From Eledone cirrhosa (lineage: Eukaryota): 64,000 bases of DNA. The position numbers and the translations under genes were made by a program. Numbering within the stretch: position 1 is the stretch's first letter; each line of letters begins with the position of its first letter. Below are positions 58,661-64,000 of this stretch, in pieces. A model generated the notes under the pieces. That model had not been told where the DNA came from and did no database searches. It saw nothing but the letters and a program-made list of their open reading frames with translations. The DNA lies in NCBI GenBank assembly GCA_964016885.1, contig OZ024746.1:78120001-78184000 (forward strand). Direction: 5' to 3'.

Positions 58661-59050
58661 GGTCTGAGTCTGAATGGTTCCTCGTGGTGGTATAGGTGTT
58701 ACTGTTGGCAGTGATGATGGTTATGATAAGTGTAGTGGTGATGGCGATTATATTAGTAATAATTATGATGGTGTACGGTGGTCTTGGTGGGGATGACGGT
58801 AGTTGTATGGTGGGGGATGGTGTTGGTATTGTTGGTGGTGGTAATGGGTGTAGCTGTGATGGTAATTATGATGATGATGATGATGGTGGTGGTGGTGATG
58901 CTTGTTGTGTTATTGGTGATGATGGTGGTGGTGGTTGTCGTGATGATGATGATTTATCTTGTGGTCAGCATTCACAGCTAACTTTGGCAATATCCTGCAT
59001 TTCAACCATATTATTGAGTTTTAAAGATGCACTAGTTATTAATAGTTTTC

Positions 59051-59085
<35 letters not shown>

Positions 59086-59649
59086 GGTGGTGGTGGTGGT
59101 AGTAGTAGTGGTGGTGGTGGTGGTGGTAGTAGTAGTAGTAGTGGTAGTGGTAGTAGTAGCAGTAGTAGTAGTAGTAGTAGTATCATTAGCATTATCATCA
59201 TCATCGTCATCACTTGCTGTTGATACAACAACTACTACTACTATCTTTTTGATAGAGTACAGGTGGTAGTCATGGGTGTAATGGAGGTGGTGGTGGAGGC
59301 GGTGGAGGTTCTAGGTATGAAATTTATTCATGGTTAGAAGAAATTCTTATTGACAATGCCTCATTGGACAATGGCTATTTGTAAATTTGAAACTTCTCTC
59401 CCTTCCCCCTCATACATTCTCTCCTACCCCCTCTTTCTCTCTCTCTCTCTCACTCTCACTCCCCCTCCCTCTCACTCTCACTCTCCATCAGTCTCATACC
59501 CCCATCCTTCCTCTCAATTTACCTATATTTGCTCTCTTTATTTACCCCTCTCTCTTTCTCACCCCCCTCTCTCTTTCTTGATCTCCTTTCCTCATGCCCT
59601 CCCCCCCTATCTCCAACGCTTGCTCTCACTTTATCTATACTGGCTATCT

Positions 59650-59805
59650 TTCCTCTCACTCTTCCCCCATCTCTCTTTCCCACTCTTCCCCCATCTCTCT
59701 TTCCCACTCTTCCCCCATCTCTCTTTCCCACTCTTCCCCCATCTCTCTTTCCCACTCTTCCCCATCTCTCTTTCCCACTCTTCCCCATCTCTCTTTCCCA
59801 CTCTT
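59650..59805. repeat. 24-bp pyrimidine-rich minisatellite
   Basis: CACTCTTCCCCCATCTCTCTTTCC occurs about 6 times. Confidence 0.9.
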
Positions 59806-60196
59806 TCTTTCTCTCTCTCTATCTCCATTTCTCCTATACCTCCACCCTTGTCTCTCAATTTACCTATATTGGCCTCTCTCTCTCGCTCTCTCTCTCTTTT
59901 CACCCTCCAGTCCCCCTCTACCTGTCTATCTTCCCCTCTATCTTTGCTCCCAAGTTATCTATATTGGCTATTAACAACAAAAGACTATTATGTTAACCCC
60001 TCACCACCACCACTGCCACCTCCATCACCCATGAGAGATAGATGTATTGATGTGAAGCGCTGTTGATGGATAAAAAGTTTTTCCTCTTTCTTTGCTCTCC
60101 GTTATTCTTCACTGCTGTTGTATGTAATAATAATGAAAGTAACTAAATGATATGGAACTTATTTCTGGCCTAACTTTGGCCGTTATTTCTTGACCA

Positions 60197-60270
<74 letters not shown>

Positions 60271-60370
60271 TTCTCTCTCTCTCTGTCGGTGGTGGTGGAG
60301 TGGTGGTGTGGCAAAATGAATGTGTTGATGGATGATTTAAGATCTTTTAAGCCATTTCTTGACCAAATGT

Positions 60371-60456
<86 letters not shown>

Positions 60457-60557
60457 TATCTATCTATCTATCTATCTATCCATTGCTCAATGGTAATTCA
60501 ATGGTATGGTGAAGTGAATGTGTTGATGGAGGATTTAAGATTTTCTGTCAGTCATTT

Positions 60558-60830
60558 GTGTGGCTTAGTGGTTAGGGGTTTCTTTAACTTAGGATTATAA
60601 TGTCGTGCGTTCGATTCCTGAAGCAGGTGGCAGGTTGTGTCCTTGAGTAAAACACTTCATTTCACATTGCTCCAGTCTACCCAACTGAAAATGAGTACCA
60701 GCAGTAGCTGGGGTTTAAGCCTGATATTGACTGGCTTCCTATCCAGGGGGAGTCTTGTACTCTCAGTGACTTAACACCAATGGAACTGGGATAAGTATCT
60801 GTCATAAGTTTCCAGGCTTAAGACAGGCTT
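60558..60830 (+). mobile_element. tRNA-derived SINE, MetaSINE-like
   Basis: TGGCTTAGTGG A-box, GTTCGATTCC B-box, GTGTCCTTGAGTAAAACACTT and GACTGGCTTCCTATCCAGGGGG. Confidence 0.72.
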
Positions 60831-60900
60831 TAAGATGTTTTTTTTTATTTATTTATTTTTTTTTATTTAACTTTAGTCATCTAAGTTGTTTCTTAACCAA

Positions 60901-60939
<39 letters not shown>

Positions 60940-61492
60940 TCTCTCTCACACACACACACACAGTGGTGATATGATGGTGGTGGTGGTGTAATAATTCAAC
61001 GGTTGTCATAGTGACTTGATGATGGTAGATGACGTGATGTGGTGATTTGATGGTGGTGGTGGTGGTGGTGGTGACATGACCCGATGGGGTGACTCAAAGG
61101 TAGTGCGGTGATGTGGAGTGGTGTTGATGGATGATTCGAGATGTTCATTTTTGCTTATTTCTTGACCAAATGCTCTCTCTTCTTGGTGCTGCGAAGATTT
61201 GGTGATGGTATGGTGATGGTGGGAGTGGTGTGTTGGTGGTGATGGTGGTGTGGTGTGTTGGTGGTGGTGTGGTGATGGTGGTCTGTTGGTGGAGTTGAAG
61301 TGGTGGTGGTGTAGTGATGGTGCTGTGGTGGTGGTGGTGTGGTAAAATGAATAGTGTTGATGGATGATTTAAGATGTTCTTTTATCATCTTTATCTGCTG
61401 ATAAGAGGAAATTACACAGAATTCTGTTGCTGCAAACTGACTGATTGAATTCTTTCATATATGTGTGTGTGTGTCTGTGTATATATATGTGT

Positions 61493-61610
<118 letters not shown>

Positions 61611-62351
61611 GTATATATATACATATATATGTATATGTGTGTGTGTATTATGTTTGTGCATATATTTATGCATATGTATGTATATATGCATATATGCCAC
61701 CATGGATAAACAAATGTGAAATTATATATATATGCATGCATGTGTCTGTGTGTGCATGCCACATATACATATACATACATATACATATATCTGTGTATAC
61801 ATCTGTATATGTTTACATGTATATATGTTCATAACAATATGTGAATATATATATAATATATATATAGTTACACACACACACAAATTCAATTTCAACTAAG
61901 AAAAGTTTTTAGTTTACTCTGCAGCATCATGGAAAATATGCTAGTCTATCGTTCTGTAGAAAAGATGTCTTTCAATAGAGAATGTCCTATGATGTTATTA
62001 ATGAGTGACTTTCTCCTACCATTAACCCCTTCAGTCTTGCAATGATTGAAGATTTTAATAATGATGACAAATACTGATTGCTGTTGTTGGAGGATTGGCA
62101 GTATCGGTAGAGGGTCGGATGCCATGCTTTGACGCATAGAGTTACGGCCCTTGACATTCTGAGTTCAAATCCCATCGAGATTGACTTTCCCTTTCCCTTT
62201 AGTTGATGGTCTTATTTAAGGCCATTAGATTGACAGAATCATTAACCCATTAGAATTTAAACTGGCCATGTCTGGCCAGAATTCTCTCACCTATTTCTGT
62301 TGAAACTGGCTATAAATAAGTAACATCAAAATCTCATAGATTCGATATTAT

Positions 62352-64000
62352 GTGAGATAATCATGTAAGATAGAGCCTTTACTGTGAAAATACAATAGTA
62401 AATATAGAGTAATGTAAGTGTTACGTGAGATAATCATGTAAGATAGAGCCTTTACTGTGAAAATACAATAGTAAATATAGAGTAATGTAAGTGTTACGTG
62501 AGATAATCATGTAAGATAGAGCCTTTACTGTGAAAATACAATAGTAAATATAGAGTAATGTAAGTGTTATGTGAGATAATCATGTAAGATAGAGCCTTTA
62601 CTGTGAAAATACAATAGTAAATATAGAGTAATGTAAGTGTTATGTGAGATAATCATGTAAGATAGAGGAGCCTTTACTGTGAAAATACAATAGTAAATAT
62701 AGAGTAATGTAAGTGTTATGTGAAATAATCATGTAAGATAGAGGAGCCTTTACTGTGAAAATACAATAGTAAATATAGAGTAATGTAAGTGTTATGTGAG
62801 ATAATCATGTAAGATAGAGGAGCCTTTACTGTGAAAATACAATAGTAAATATAGAGTAATGTAAGTGTTATGTGAGATAATCATGTAAGATAGAGCCTTT
62901 ACTGTGAAAATACAATAGTAAATATAGAGTAATGTAAGTGTTATGTGAGATAATCATGTAAGATAGAGCCTTTACTGTGAAAATACAATAGTAAATATAG
63001 AGTAATGTAAGTGTTATGTGAGATAATCATGTAAGATAGAGCCTTTACTGTGAAAATACAATAGTAAATATAGAGTAATGTAAGTGTTATGTGAGATAAT
63101 CATGTAAGATAGAGCCTTTACTGTGAAAATACAATAGTAAATATAGAGTAATGTAAGTGTTATGTGAAATAATCATGTAAGATAGAGGAGCCTTTACTGT
63201 GAAAATACAATAGTAAATATAGAGTAATGTAAGTGTTATGTGAGATAATCATGTAAGATAGAGCCTTTACTGTGAAAATACAATAGTAAATATAGAGTAA
63301 TGTAAGTGTTATGTGAGATAATCATGTAAGATAGAGCCTTTACTGTGAAAATACAATAGTAAATATAGAGTAATGTAAGTGTTATGTGAGATAATCATGT
63401 AAGATAGAGCCTTTACTGTGAAAATACAATAGTAAATATAGAGTAATGTAAGTGTTATGTGAGATAATCATGTAAGATAGAGCCTTTACTGTGAAAATAC
63501 AATAGTAAATATAGAGTAATGTAAGTGTTATGTGAGATAATCATGTAAGATAGAGCCTTTACTGTGAAAATACAATAGTAAATATAGAGTAATGTAAGTG
63601 TTATGTGAAATAATCATGTAAGATAGAGGAGCCTTTACTGTGAAAATACAATAGTAAATATAGAGTAATGTAAGTGTTATGTGAGATAATCATGTAAGAT
63701 AGAGCCTTTACTGTGAAAATACAATAGTAAATATAGAGTAATGTAAGTGTTATGTGAGATAATCATGTAAGATAGAGCCTTTACTGTGAAAATACAATAG
63801 TAAATATAGAGTAATGTAAGTGTTATGTGAGATAATCATGTAAGATAGAGCCTTTACTGTGAAAATACAATAGTAAATATAGAGTAATGTAAGTGTTATG
63901 TGAGATAATCATGTAAGATAGAGGAGCCTTTACTGTGAAAATACAATAGTAAATATAGAGTAATGTAAGTGTTATGTGAGATAATCATGTAAGATAGAGC
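62352..64000. repeat. 73/76-bp tandem array derived from the 3' interior of a family A MITE (at least 22 copies; runs off the window)
   Basis: Unit GTGAGATAATCATGTAAGATA(GAG)GAGCCTTTACTGTGAAAATACAATAGTAAATATAGAGTAATGTAAGTGTTAT. It continues directly from a MITE left end at 62246. Confidence 0.96.

Noticed and set aside
57705-58667. 320-aa ORF (IAPALPLYRIGLVHFI)n
   Set aside because: A by-product of a stop-free frame in a 48-bp unit homologous to the SINE-derived array. No ATG start or exon boundaries.

Overview
AT-rich eukaryotic DNA, very dense in repeats. The (TA)n/(CA)n/(GA)n/(CAT)n microsatellite load and the SINE/MITE repertoire resemble octopus (coleoid cephalopod) genomes; this is an inference. 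I find no convincing host protein-coding exon. Nearly all ORFs in the six-frame track are microsatellite or minisatellite translations, so the window is most likely part of a very long intron or an intergenic region. Recognisable content: RTE-clade LINE remnants; an internally deleted RTE derivative; an R4/Dong-type endonuclease 3' fragment inserted in a (TAA)n tract; a non-autonomous Helitron with both termini; TTAA/piggyBac-type and TA/pogo-type MITEs; several tRNA-SINE families; Penelope-like terminal fragments carrying hammerhead-ribozyme motifs (one nearly complete, 35713-35764); and tandem arrays, three of which visibly derive from local dispersed elements. The most notable candidate host signal is an acceptor abutting a perfect donor (AG|GTAAGT, 44895-44902) with a second donor 77 nt downstream, which is recursive-splice-site architecture.
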